Assembly (NCBI GenBank): GCA_051002135.1
Contig: JBPCMQ010000009.1
Coordinates: forward strand, 14,628-78,627
Reading direction: 5' to 3'
DNA: 64,000 nt
DNA from: Chloroflexota bacterium
Lineage (GTDB): Bacteria > Chloroflexota > UBA5177
Positions 49,217 to 58,590 of the stretch are shown piece after piece (the first letter of the stretch is position 1; each line of letters opens with the position of its first letter). The notes under the pieces are model-generated. The model made no database searches and was not told the origin of the DNA. It saw only the letters and a list, made by a program, of their open reading frames with translations. The position numbers and the translations under genes were made by a program.

Positions 49217-50338
49217 TTAGCTCGCGGCTCGGTTCCCCTCGCCCATTTCCTCCACCGTGGTCTCGAGAACAGCCAGAGTCGCAACCTCTTCAGGTCGCAG
49301 GCCGGGGTGCCGCTCGGTGTCGTACTGTTCGATCGCCAGGTCCCACACCGGAACCAGCGATGCGTTCATATAGGCTTCAATGATTCCCGGATGCTCGTAC
49401 GACTTGCGACAGATGGCCGCGGTGTTCCCCAAATGGTCTGCCGCCCTCTTGACAGCCTCCACGACGTTTTGTTTCGCCTGCGTGGCGGATTCACATGTGC
49501 CGAGAGCGTGAAGATGACTCGCCGCCGTGGTTGTCCCATGCCAGGTGCGGAAATCCTTAGCTGTGAAATTCTGCCCGGTAATGTGGCGGAGATAGTCGTT
49601 GACGTCGGCGGAGTCGATCGTCTCTCGCTCGCCTTCCCCGTTGACGTATTGAAATAGCTCGTGTCCGGGAATTTCCTCGCAGCGCTTTACGGCACGCGCG
49701 AGGCGTTTGTCCCGCACATCCACCTCGTGCTCCTTCCCGCTCTTGCCGCGAAAATGGAAGCGGATCATCGAGCCCTGTATGTCGACATGGTCGGTGCGCA
49801 AGGTCGTGAGACCAAATGATTCATTTTCACGAGCGTATTCCTCATTCCCTACGCGAATAGCGGTGGCGTCAAGCAGCTCTACCACCGTAGCCAGAACCTT
49901 TTCCCGCGACAACGCATGAAGCGCCAGGTCCCCGTCGGTGCGCTCTCGGATCATTGAAAGCGCCTCGCCAAAGGCGAGCAATCGCGTATACTTCGTCTCG
50001 TCACGTACCTCCCGCCAGTGGGGATGATATCGATATTGTTTGCGGCGCTTGGCATCTCGTCCCGTCGCCTGGATGTGACCGCGGGGAGACGGGCATATCC
50101 ATATTTCTGTCCAGGCGGGTGGGATACCCAGCGAGGAGATGCGCTCCAACGTCTTTTGATCCGAGATACCATCGCCGTGCGTAGAGACATACGCGAATCC
50201 ATCTCCGTCTCGATCGCGACGTATGCCGGGACGTGCGTCGGTGAAGTACCGAAGGCCGGCAGCGGTGGCGGCCTCAACTGGATCCGAGATGAGAGGAGGC
50301 GCGCTGTCCTCGGACGTGTTGAACTGTTCGACTGCCAA
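49217..50338 (-). CDS. DNA topoisomerase IB (bacterial/poxvirus-like)
   Basis: IPPAW..WIC, QATGRD, RKQYRYH, RVGNEEY, FRGKSG, KDFRTW, LGNT..ICRKSY; likely TTG start at 50338. Confidence 0.93.
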   Translation of the reverse strand: MAVEQFNTSEDSAPPLISDPVEAATAAGLRYFTDARPGIRRDRDGDGFAYVSTHGDGISDQKTLERISSLGIPPAWTEIWICPSPRGHIQATGRDAKRRKQYRYHPHWREVRDETKYTRLLAFGEALSMIRERTDGDLALHALSREKVLATVVELLDATAIRVGNEEYARENESFGLTTLRTDHVDIQGSMIRFHFRGKSGKEHEVDVRDKRLARAVKRCEEIPGHELFQYVNGEGERETIDSADVNDYLRHITGQNFTAKDFRTWHGTTTAASHLHALGTCESATQAKQNVVEAVKRAADHLGNTAAICRKSYEHPGIIEAYMNASLVPVWDLAIEQYDTERHPGLRPEEVATLAVLETTVEEMGEGNRAAS

Positions 50339-50584
50339 ACCTTCGTCCTCGTTTCTGTGGTGTGCCGTCACCAATGCAAGGAAGGTGCCAGGCGCCCGAT
50401 CTGTACACGGGCAATGGAATCTGCGATACATAAATGTTCCGGCGATACTCTTCCGCCTGCCGGTGGTGCTGGGCTGTGCTACTCGGAATGGATCATGCAA
50501 CGCGGCAGACTCGTCAGGCAATGAGCGCATCGCTGGTGCGCTGTGTCGAGTGTCGTCATCAAATGTTTGGAAGGATCATGATCC

Positions 50585-51652
50585 GTGCTTGACGGAGATG
50601 GCCGAGAGAAGGAAACGCTTGGCAGCTATTGCCCCTTCTTCGCCCTTCCCTCGTCCACGCTGCGAGGTGGGAAGTGCCTCGCGCATGATGAGCCGCTGAG
50701 CGTGAGCACGAGGTATGTCGCGGAGTACTGCCGCAGTGACCGCCACGTCGCCTGCACTCTCTACGAGACGGCGTCGCGCAACGCCCGAGCGCGGATTGTC
50801 GAATCCCACCCCGTCCACTCGACCGACTCGGTTCCGTTAGCGCTCGGCGCAGGATCCGTGCTTGAGGAAGGCAACGGAGGCACGGGGCCAGCCTCCCTTC
50901 GGCCCCGCTCCAAAGGCGATCGTGAGCCGCAGGTCATCGACGCCGTTCCTGTCAACGGGCGAGTGGCGGACCGATCCCTTGGCGTTCCCTGGCATGGGTC
51001 GACTGAGTCAGCGGCGCTCGGTCCAACAGCAGCGAACGAGAGTACGGGACGCTCCGGTAGCAGCTCGCCGATGAAGGCTTCCTTGGACCTCGAGGCCACA
51101 AAGACGGCTACCCCGCGTGTCATTTCCGCACCAATCGTAGGTGAGCGGGAACGCGTTCACGGGCCGCTTTCGCGGTCGCGGAGGGTTGTGGCCTCAGCGA
51201 CCATTGCGGCACTTGTTGTCGTGGGCGCCTCACTCCTCATTTATGGTGCGAACCGTGAAGCGTCGCGGCACTCGGCGATTGTGGCTCGCGGCTCTATTCA
51301 CGCCGCCGTGGGCGGACACGGAGGAGTGACTGCGGTGGCTCCGCGTGGCCCGCAAGGATGGTATTTTCCAGCACCCTCGGCGGCCGTCGGGGAGGCCCTT
51401 CTGACCCTGTACAACCCGAACGCGCGGCCCGCCACTACCGAAGTCCGGATATCGGGGCACGCCACCAGACACCTGATTATCCCGGCCAGGAGCGCAACTG
51501 AAATTGGACTTGCCGGCTCCGAGGCGCGGGCCGATCTCATTGTGTTGGCGGACGCACACATCGTCCCGCAGAGATCTTTGGTGCAGGATAAGGCAGCTAG
51601 CTCGGAACCGGGTCAGCCCGGGTTCGTGATGCCCGCTACGCCTGGCCGATGA
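50585..51652 (+). CDS. Membrane protein: Cys/His N-terminal domain, disordered linker, TM, small extracellular beta domain
   Basis: CPFF...KC...YC..DRHVAC; TM IAALVVVGASLLIYG; LLTLYNPN. Confidence 0.6.
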   Translation: MLDGDGREKETLGSYCPFFALPSSTLRGGKCLAHDEPLSVSTRYVAEYCRSDRHVACTLYETASRNARARIVESHPVHSTDSVPLALGAGSVLEEGNGGTGPASLRPRSKGDREPQVIDAVPVNGRVADRSLGVPWHGSTESAALGPTAANESTGRSGSSSPMKASLDLEATKTATPRVISAPIVGERERVHGPLSRSRRVVASATIAALVVVGASLLIYGANREASRHSAIVARGSIHAAVGGHGGVTAVAPRGPQGWYFPAPSAAVGEALLTLYNPNARPATTEVRISGHATRHLIIPARSATEIGLAGSEARADLIVLADAHIVPQRSLVQDKAASSEPGQPGFVMPATPGR

Positions 51653-51867
51653 GCCCGCACGTCCATTTTCAGTGATTGACGTTGACGCTGTGCGGGTCTA
51701 CGATGGTTGTACTGGCTCTGTATTGACGGTGGGTCTGCAACCGGAAGGAGCGCGTATATAGCGCGGTCTTTGCGATGAGAGACCAGGTATCGATGGGACG
51801 CACCGCATCTTGCGGGTTGTGCCGGATGTTTGTTGAACAGGGTCTATTGGTGTGGAGGAGATAGCTC

Positions 51868-52500
51868 ATGAGGTCAATGACTACCGTGCGGGTCGTGAAC
51901 GCAGTGCGACACGCCGGCGTGAGGACAGCCGCTCGCGTCTCGGTCGTGCTGGTGGCAGGGACTCTGACCGCCTCGGCGAGCTTGACGGCGGTGTATGCGT
52001 CCAGCCATGTTTCCGCGGCGCCACGACAGTGCTCAGGCGGCCGGCAGGCGAGCTTGACGGCATGCGCTGTTATGCCCGCCAGCGGCACCTTTACTTTGCC
52101 GATTCCTGGAACTCCCGCGGTGTTGTTTGGCGCCGGGACGCCGGACCGCGCCGGCAAGACAATCATCATTAAGCGGGCGCCTCTCGTCTGCAAGTCGTTG
52201 GGCGGGTTTGGCATTCGTCTCGTTACCCCACGCTCGACCGGCCTTCTGCCGCCCCTTCATTGGAAGAATGGCACTTTGTACTATCGGGACCATACCTCGG
52301 GACGCTGCGTGGGTGTGGCGAGTCCGGCACTGGCGGCCGCTCCCGGTATGTACCAGGTTGTACCAGGAACGGGCGTGACGAGCATGCCGAAGACCGGCGG
52401 CGGGGATCCCGTGCGACAGCCATTCGCGCCCGCGGCTCCGGCCATTTTCTCCCTGCTAGTCCTGCTAGCGGGAGGCGTGAGGCTTGCCCGAGCTCGATAA
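51868..52500 (+). CDS. Secreted protein with LPXTG-like sorting signal
   Basis: GGAGGAG RBS, signal peptide, four Cys, MPKTGGG followed by a hydrophobic segment and RLARAR. Confidence 0.7.
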   Translation: MRSMTTVRVVNAVRHAGVRTAARVSVVLVAGTLTASASLTAVYASSHVSAAPRQCSGGRQASLTACAVMPASGTFTLPIPGTPAVLFGAGTPDRAGKTIIIKRAPLVCKSLGGFGIRLVTPRSTGLLPPLHWKNGTLYYRDHTSGRCVGVASPALAAAPGMYQVVPGTGVTSMPKTGGGDPVRQPFAPAAPAIFSLLVLLAGGVRLARAR

Positions 52501-53443
52501 GCAAGAAGACGCCTCTTCGCGAGACTCACGAGAGTCGAGCGCTGCCAGGCCCGCAGAGCCCCGTATCATCGATGCGGAGCCTGTGCGCCGCCGCCCGGAG
52601 CCGGAGACCCTGGAGATGCAGCCAGGGACCCTCGAAGAGGTCAGACCGCCCGCTGCCGGTCGGCAAGCCCGTGAAGAAAAGTCACCCGTGGGGCCGGCGC
52701 CTCAGGCGCGTGAACGCGCCGCGCCCCCATCGCACCCCGTCCGGACCGCAAACTCAGAGGCGCTTTCAATCGAAGCCACAAGCGCACGGGCTGTTTCGGC
52801 GGGCGCACCACGCCGTGAACGCGTGCAGCCGGTGCATGCGATGCCGCGGGATGAGTCTGCCTCACCGCGGCGCGAACTTGTCGCCGCGCCGGTAAGGGAT
52901 GCTGCTCCCGGCGACCCTGTTTTGCGCGCCACGTCGCATCGCAGACGTCGACGCGTCTGGGTGCCGTTGGCGGCGGTGTGCATTGTGGGCGCCGGCGGAT
53001 TGCTCTACGGGCGGACGGGGTCCTCGAAGCCGAATGCTCAGGCGGTCGCCGGGCGCTCGACGAGACTACCCGGATCTGACACTGCGCCAAGAGGCGCCGG
53101 AACGACAGCCCCCGCCACCGGCCGGCCCTCACATATGGCACGGACCGTCTCGTTCAAAGCCCTCACACAGGCCCCGGACCAGGTCTTGCTGACCATCTAC
53201 AACCCCAATTCGCACATTGTGGTGGCCCATGTGCGCATTGCCCGGTCAGTGTCCCGATCCGTACACGTTCCCGCGAGCGCCAGCGCGGAAATGGCGTTTC
53301 AAGGTTCGGCCGCGAAGCGAGCAGTTACCATCACCGCCTCGCTGCCGGTGCAGGTGCAGCGCTCGACAATTCGAAATGGGAAGGCGCACTCCGACTTCGG
53401 CATGCCTGTCCCCATCCGATCCACTCCGCCTTCTGGCCGCTGA
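52484..53443 (+). CDS. Membrane protein, paralog of 50585..51652
   Basis: Pro/Arg/Glu-rich N-terminus, TM, LLTIYNPN...VPASASAE...VQRS. Confidence 0.6.
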   Translation: MPELDKQEDASSRDSRESSAARPAEPRIIDAEPVRRRPEPETLEMQPGTLEEVRPPAAGRQAREEKSPVGPAPQARERAAPPSHPVRTANSEALSIEATSARAVSAGAPRRERVQPVHAMPRDESASPRRELVAAPVRDAAPGDPVLRATSHRRRRRVWVPLAAVCIVGAGGLLYGRTGSSKPNAQAVAGRSTRLPGSDTAPRGAGTTAPATGRPSHMARTVSFKALTQAPDQVLLTIYNPNSHIVVAHVRIARSVSRSVHVPASASAEMAFQGSAAKRAVTITASLPVQVQRSTIRNGKAHSDFGMPVPIRSTPPSGR

Positions 53444-53493
53444 CAGCCGTTCTTCTCTCACCTCTCATTGTCACTATCGGTCATACTGAGGGC

Positions 53494-53745
53494 ATGGAAG
53501 ACAAGAGTCTGCATCACCGTCCACGACACCTTGACTGCACAATCGGCCGTCACGTAGAGATCGAAGCCGACATTGCGGATTTTCCCGACGGGAGTCCCTC
53601 GACCAGGGCAAGCTGTCCGGAGTGCGGCAGCACGATGATGTATCGAGGCATCGGACGCCTGCGAGCGGGCACCAGCGTGCACCACTTCGAGTGCGTCCAC
53701 TCGCATCTCGAGGTACACAGCGTCAGCATTGCGGTCGAGGGCTGA
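53494..53745 (+). CDS. Small zinc-ribbon-like protein
   Basis: CPECG and FECVHSH motifs; GAGGG before the ATG. Confidence 0.55.
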   Translation: MEDKSLHHRPRHLDCTIGRHVEIEADIADFPDGSPSTRASCPECGSTMMYRGIGRLRAGTSVHHFECVHSHLEVHSVSIAVEG

Positions 53746-53774
53746 TCGCGTCTGAAGTGCGTGATTGCCTTCAT

Positions 53775-54554
53775 CTATGAGCCGGCGGCGGTTATCACAA
53801 GGTCGGTGATGTAGGCCACGGAGAAACCGACAACCACTCCCGCCATCACGAGTTGCTGAGCCTGCTGGCGTCGAATCAGGGGCAACAGCTGACTCAAAAC
53901 GTAAATGATTGACCCAGCCGCGAGCGCGAGGAACACGATGAACACCGCCGTGGACTGAAACTCGATGCCAAGCATGGTCCCGAGGAATGTGGGTCCACCA
54001 CCGATAAGCCCTGCCAACCCGATGAACCCCCACGAGGCGTTGCCGCCCAGAGGAGCGGAGATGCCGAAACCCTCGGTCATGTTGTGCAGTCCGAAACCGA
54101 TGATCAGCAGGGCTGCGAGCTGCACCGCTCCAGTCGCGGCAGACTGTCCAATTGCAAGACCTTCTGAGAAGTTGTGGAGACCGATGCCCGAGGCGATCAT
54201 GTAGCCGAGCGTCTTACCCGGGGGAGCGACGCCGGGCTCCCGGCGGAGAAAACGCCTTTCGAATGCCACCAGAGCGAGCAGCCCAACCGCGAGACCGCCA
54301 AGCAGAAGGGCGACATCCAGCACGAACGGAGCAACAAATGCATGCTCGTGACGTGCGTGAGCCAGCGCCAAGTCGACCTTCCCGGTGGCGTTAGCGAGCA
54401 CATCGAATAGCAAGAAGAAGAGGATACCGGTGGCAATGGCGTTCAAGAAGCCCTGAAGAGTCCTCGGCATATTTTTGACACGTGCGACCGGCAGGCCAAG
54501 AAAAATAGTGCCGCCGGCCAGCGCGCCCAACAGCAAGACCTGGGGGTTACTCAA
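53775..54554 (-). CDS. ZIP family divalent metal transporter
   Basis: GIGLHNFSEGLAIG and GFGLHNMTEGFG. Confidence 0.92.
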   Translation of the reverse strand: MSNPQVLLLGALAGGTIFLGLPVARVKNMPRTLQGFLNAIATGILFFLLFDVLANATGKVDLALAHARHEHAFVAPFVLDVALLLGGLAVGLLALVAFERRFLRREPGVAPPGKTLGYMIASGIGLHNFSEGLAIGQSAATGAVQLAALLIIGFGLHNMTEGFGISAPLGGNASWGFIGLAGLIGGGPTFLGTMLGIEFQSTAVFIVFLALAAGSIIYVLSQLLPLIRRQQAQQLVMAGVVVGFSVAYITDLVITAAGS

Positions 54555-55252
54555 TTCAACGAACCGTCAACGGAGCCCGGTTGGTCGTTCTTGACCCAAA
54601 TCTTGCGCGCGAGGGCGGATGGGATAGATCGCATCTGGCCCGCGGTCTCGAAGATGAAGTCGGACGCGGGTGCGGAGTCCACGACATGCAAAACGGCCTG
54701 CGGGTGAATGTCCGTGTCCGAAAGGCGGCGCAAGAATTCGGACTCGTCCTCGACAAGCTCCGAAATCAGGACGACGGTGACCTCCTGTCCGGGGTGTCCC
54801 TCGGACAGGCGGAACGCCCGTTGTTCTTGCAAAAATGTGTAGCCGCTGCTGGCATTTCCGGGGATAGGATTCCCATGGGGACAGGTCAAGGGATGTCCGA
54901 GGCGCGCTGAGATACTCTGAGCTACCTCGTCGGACATGCCGTGCTCGAGGGCGTGCGCTTGCTCATGTGCGCCAATCCAGTCAAAACCCAACAAATCAAA
55001 CAACAAACGCTCCGCCAGACGATGGCGCCTCAAGACCTTCTCGGTCAACTCACGCCCGGCAGAGGTCAGTGCCACGCTCTTGTCATCATTCTGTACGGCG
55101 TATCCGTCCGCCATGAGCCGGTGAATGGTCTCGCTCACGGTCGCCCGCGACACCTCGAACTTCTCGGCAAGACGCGCGCTGATGACCGGCTCACCCTCCA
55201 TGGTCATGTTGTAAATGGATTCCAGGTACTCTTCGGTCACGGCGGATGCCAT
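54551..55252 (-). CDS. DtxR/MntR family metal-dependent repressor
   Basis: EEYLESIY, RRHRLAERLL, HALEHG, CPHGNPIP, C-terminal FeoA-like domain. Confidence 0.95.
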   Translation of the reverse strand: MASAVTEEYLESIYNMTMEGEPVISARLAEKFEVSRATVSETIHRLMADGYAVQNDDKSVALTSAGRELTEKVLRRHRLAERLLFDLLGFDWIGAHEQAHALEHGMSDEVAQSISARLGHPLTCPHGNPIPGNASSGYTFLQEQRAFRLSEGHPGQEVTVVLISELVEDESEFLRRLSDTDIHPQAVLHVVDSAPASDFIFETAGQMRSIPSALARKIWVKNDQPGSVDGSLN

Positions 55253-55272
55253 GTGTTAGGTCTCCCTAACAC
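55253..55272. promoter_or_regulatory. DtxR-family operator palindrome GTGTTAGG-TCTC-CCTAACAC
   Basis: Perfect 8-bp arms directly before the repressor ATG, with a TTAGG..CCTAA core; TAGTAT -10-like hexamer adjacent on the minus strand. Confidence 0.8.
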
Positions 55273-55354
55273 GATACTAGCACTAGGTGTCCGAATCCCC
55301 GATTAGCGAGGTCGGAGAGAGAGTCCCGGCTCCGTGCCGGCTACCGACTACGGG

Positions 55355-57586
55355 TCAAACAAGCAGAGCGCGCAGCAATCCGTCCGTTCCCAGGACGAGG
55401 TCTCGGAAATAGCGCACAGCTTCTCTGCTTACCGCACCCGCGTGGGCCGGTTGATTACGGGCATCCGCCGCGATGGCGAGACGATCGGATGCCCTTTTCC
55501 AATCGGCCAGGCAGCGCTCGTCCCAAGCGTCTACCTTGACCTGGCGGCGGAGCAGGTCGATGGCCACGCCGCGTCGGCGGCCGTCCGACATGCGATCCAT
55601 CGCTGCCGCCATACTGCCGAGAGTGAGGTGTCCACCCACCAGCACATAGCGCGCGAACGGGCCAAGAGACGGGTCGAGTCCCTCGGTCTGGAGAAGGTTG
55701 ATGGGACCGGGGTCGCGTTCCCACCGGACCCGAATGGGAACAAAGATTGCATCTTTGAATGCGCGTTCGAGCCCACGCGCGTACTCGAGTAGGGCCGCCC
55801 CATAGTCACGATCCTCCCCCTGCACCGCCTCGAAGAGCCATTCACCCTCCCGCAATGAAAGGCGCGCCCCCTCGGAAAGAGAGTCCCAACATTCGCGTCC
55901 CAACATGCTCCGTAGACGTTGCTCCGCCCCTAATAGCTCCTGATGCAGGGCATCCTTGTGCGCGCGTTCCCCAATACTTAGCAACTGCGCCTCCCAGTCC
56001 GCCGGCATGCCGCCCGTCACCGAGACGCCGACGAGTTCGAGTAAGCGCTCCATGGCGGCCTCAGACCGGGCGAGAGCGTCCGCCAGAGCGGCATTGTGTC
56101 TCTCGAGATCACGGACCTGCCGTCGAAGCTCGCGGCTTTCCGCCGCCCACCGCTGCTTGTCAGCCGCATCGATCTGTTGTTGCCGCCGCGCTTCTGAGGC
56201 ACGCTTCGACTGCCGCAGCGGCCCCAGTAGCGTGTTGAGAGCCCGTGCCTCCATCGATTGCTGATCCTCCATCTCGCCGAGAAGATGTTGTGCAAGGTCG
56301 AGCTTTCCCGCCGCCATGGCTCCCAGAGCAGCGCTAATGATCACCGCCTCGTTCGGTTCCTCTATGCCACGAAGAACCGCCGATATATCCGACCAGCGCC
56401 CTAACCGGGCGAGACAGTCCAGACGGATGGTGTGCCACAGGTCGCCATAGCGGGAGGGTGCCAGGCCCTCCAGCTGTTCCAGAGCCCATGCGTACTCGCG
56501 ATTCGCCCCGGCGCGGCAGGCGGCCACCAGACGTCGTACCGGGACGCTCTCATCCATTTCCTCAATCTGCGTGGCGACGTGTGTTGCTTCGTCGAATTCA
56601 TGCAAAGCCAGGGTTGCGCGAAGGCGCACGTCAAGCACACGGAAGACTCGGCCACTGTCAGGGTACTCTTCCAGGGCAAGAAGCGCTTGTCGGTACCGGC
56701 CCGATTGAAGCTCTAGGTTAGCCAGCTGATAGCGGACGTCGACGTCATCGCGCCGATCGGCGAGCAACCCGGTCCAGATGTGACGCGCCGCATCGAAGTC
56801 GCCGAGTACGAAGTAGGCCTGCGCCAGGGAGTCGCCTAGGCCGCGAAGCATATCCAGCGTCGCGTCCTCGTACTCTCCCTCGAGCAATGACTCCACGGCG
56901 TCGCGCACTTCCGCCCAACGCGCTTCGCCCGCGAGCATGGTCGCTCGTTGCGCTCGGGGGGCAATGCTTTCCGGCACCGCGTCTCCCGCTCGTCTCAAGG
57001 AGAGCAGCGCCCGATCTATCTGACCGAGGCGCTGCTGCATCTCGGCAAGCGTCATCCACGCCGACGCGTTCTGCGGTTCGAGCCGGGTGTACAGCTCCAT
57101 GGCGGAAGCCGCCGCCTCCGGCTCTCCGGTTTCGTCTCGCAGCAGTGCCAGCAGGCGCCAATATTCGGGCCATGCCTCGGCTCCCTGGCTGTCGTTGAGA
57201 ATAGCAAGAGCCTCATCCTTGCGTCCTTGCTCCACCAGTAGGTGGGCCAATCCTCCTCCGCTGAATCGATCGTGCTCTGCATCCCACCACTCCCGCAGCG
57301 CCAACTCCGCGCGGTCCAGGGGGAGATCGAGGTAGCGCCCCACGAGGAGACGATGGAGTTGAGCGTCAGGCAGCTTGGGGCGGCTTTCTTCGAGAATCGC
57401 AAGAGCGCCCTCGAGGTCCCCCACCTCATCCGCCGCGTGCACCTCTGCCAAAACAACGTCGTGGCTCCGCGTTTGCGGCCGAGGCGCCTCGTGGATCAAA
57501 CAGCAGCGCTTGTATTTTCTACCGCTTCCACACGGGCACGGATCATTGCGGCCCGGTTGCCGAGAGCGCTCTACGAGATGCACCAT
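55355..57586 (-). CDS. SEC-C motif + TPR + coiled-coil + putative HEPN domain protein
   Basis: GRNDPCPCGSGRKYKRCC; TPR-like helices (LEPQNASAWMTLAE); coiled coil; DYGAALLEYARGLE and RNQPAH. Confidence 0.75.
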   Translation of the reverse strand: MVHLVERSRQPGRNDPCPCGSGRKYKRCCLIHEAPRPQTRSHDVVLAEVHAADEVGDLEGALAILEESRPKLPDAQLHRLLVGRYLDLPLDRAELALREWWDAEHDRFSGGGLAHLLVEQGRKDEALAILNDSQGAEAWPEYWRLLALLRDETGEPEAAASAMELYTRLEPQNASAWMTLAEMQQRLGQIDRALLSLRRAGDAVPESIAPRAQRATMLAGEARWAEVRDAVESLLEGEYEDATLDMLRGLGDSLAQAYFVLGDFDAARHIWTGLLADRRDDVDVRYQLANLELQSGRYRQALLALEEYPDSGRVFRVLDVRLRATLALHEFDEATHVATQIEEMDESVPVRRLVAACRAGANREYAWALEQLEGLAPSRYGDLWHTIRLDCLARLGRWSDISAVLRGIEEPNEAVIISAALGAMAAGKLDLAQHLLGEMEDQQSMEARALNTLLGPLRQSKRASEARRQQQIDAADKQRWAAESRELRRQVRDLERHNAALADALARSEAAMERLLELVGVSVTGGMPADWEAQLLSIGERAHKDALHQELLGAEQRLRSMLGRECWDSLSEGARLSLREGEWLFEAVQGEDRDYGAALLEYARGLERAFKDAIFVPIRVRWERDPGPINLLQTEGLDPSLGPFARYVLVGGHLTLGSMAAAMDRMSDGRRRGVAIDLLRRQVKVDAWDERCLADWKRASDRLAIAADARNQPAHAGAVSREAVRYFRDLVLGTDGLLRALLV

Positions 57587-57702
57587 ACCCCATCGTACCC
57601 AGGTGACGTGGGGGAGGTGACCTGATCCGGGGACCGTGGAAGTTCCCGCGGCTCATTATGGCCCGGTTCCAGCGGGCCGTCAATCACGCTGCCGCTCCTG
57701 TC

Positions 57703-58590
57703 TTACGGCATAGGGGTCAGAATCGGCGTGGGTGTGACGTCTGGCGGAGCTGGAATGAACGCAGGCAGACGCAGCGGAAGTGGGGTCGGTGTCGGGAGGC
57801 TCGGTGGCACGGGAAATGGCGTGGGGGTCAGCAGCGGCGACGCGCTGATGGGGGTGCTCACTGGACTACTTCCCGGGGTCGGCGCGGGGGTGGCAGGCAC
57901 GGTCGATGTGGGCTGTTGCACCAAGTGAATGACCGGTGGCCTGGCGATCCTCCGGCGACCGGGGTGCTTTGGCGGAGCCGGCACTAGGAGCCGGCGGGAC
58001 GGCGCGACCGCAACGGGCAAACGAGGGGCCACCGGTGCTGGAATATCAACGGCAGCAGGTGCCGGCGTTGGCGCGGCGTTAAAAATCAGTGCAACGGATG
58101 GGGGAGGGTGGGGGCGCCCCCGATGCCGATGTGTCACGCGGGCGATGAGCCCGTGCTCACGCGGTTTTGGCGGGTAGAGAATGGAGGGATGGGGAGCCGG
58201 CGTGGACGAGGACAATGTGGGGGTGGGTGGGGGAAAAGCAAGCGCGCGTTTCATCGGGTGCGTGCTCGTCAGCTGATGAATCGCAGCAAGTGCCACGCCC
58301 AGCACCAGCACGACCGCGGCGGTTGGGACGAGCACCCACGTTCCGACTCCTCTCCTCCAGGCGGGCGTCTTGGGAGCGCGTCGCGTCGCCTCGAGCACAT
58401 TGTGCCGCAACGAGTACGGAGGGATTGCGACCGGCAATGAACGGAGCAGCTCTGTCTGGGCTGAGTACGCTTCGGCCGTCTGTCGACACGAGTCACACCG
58501 GTTCAGATGCCCTCGCAGCTGTAGCTCATCGGCCGGAGATAGCTCCGACCGGCGTGCCAACATGTCTCGGAACCGCGAATGTTGACTCAT
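57703..58590 (-). CDS. ZAS (zf-HC2) anti-sigma factor with Pro-rich extracellular tail
   Basis: HLNRCDSC, one TM, Pro/Thr-rich C-terminus; overlaps the sigma gene. Confidence 0.85.
   Translation of the reverse strand: MSQHSRFRDMLARRSELSPADELQLRGHLNRCDSCRQTAEAYSAQTELLRSLPVAIPPYSLRHNVLEATRRAPKTPAWRRGVGTWVLVPTAAVVLVLGVALAAIHQLTSTHPMKRALAFPPPTPTLSSSTPAPHPSILYPPKPREHGLIARVTHRHRGRPHPPPSVALIFNAAPTPAPAAVDIPAPVAPRLPVAVAPSRRLLVPAPPKHPGRRRIARPPVIHLVQQPTSTVPATPAPTPGSSPVSTPISASPLLTPTPFPVPPSLPTPTPLPLRLPAFIPAPPDVTPTPILTPMP

Noticed and set aside
55355-57586. SecA
   Set aside because: Only the SEC-C motif is shared; there are no helicase ATPase motifs.
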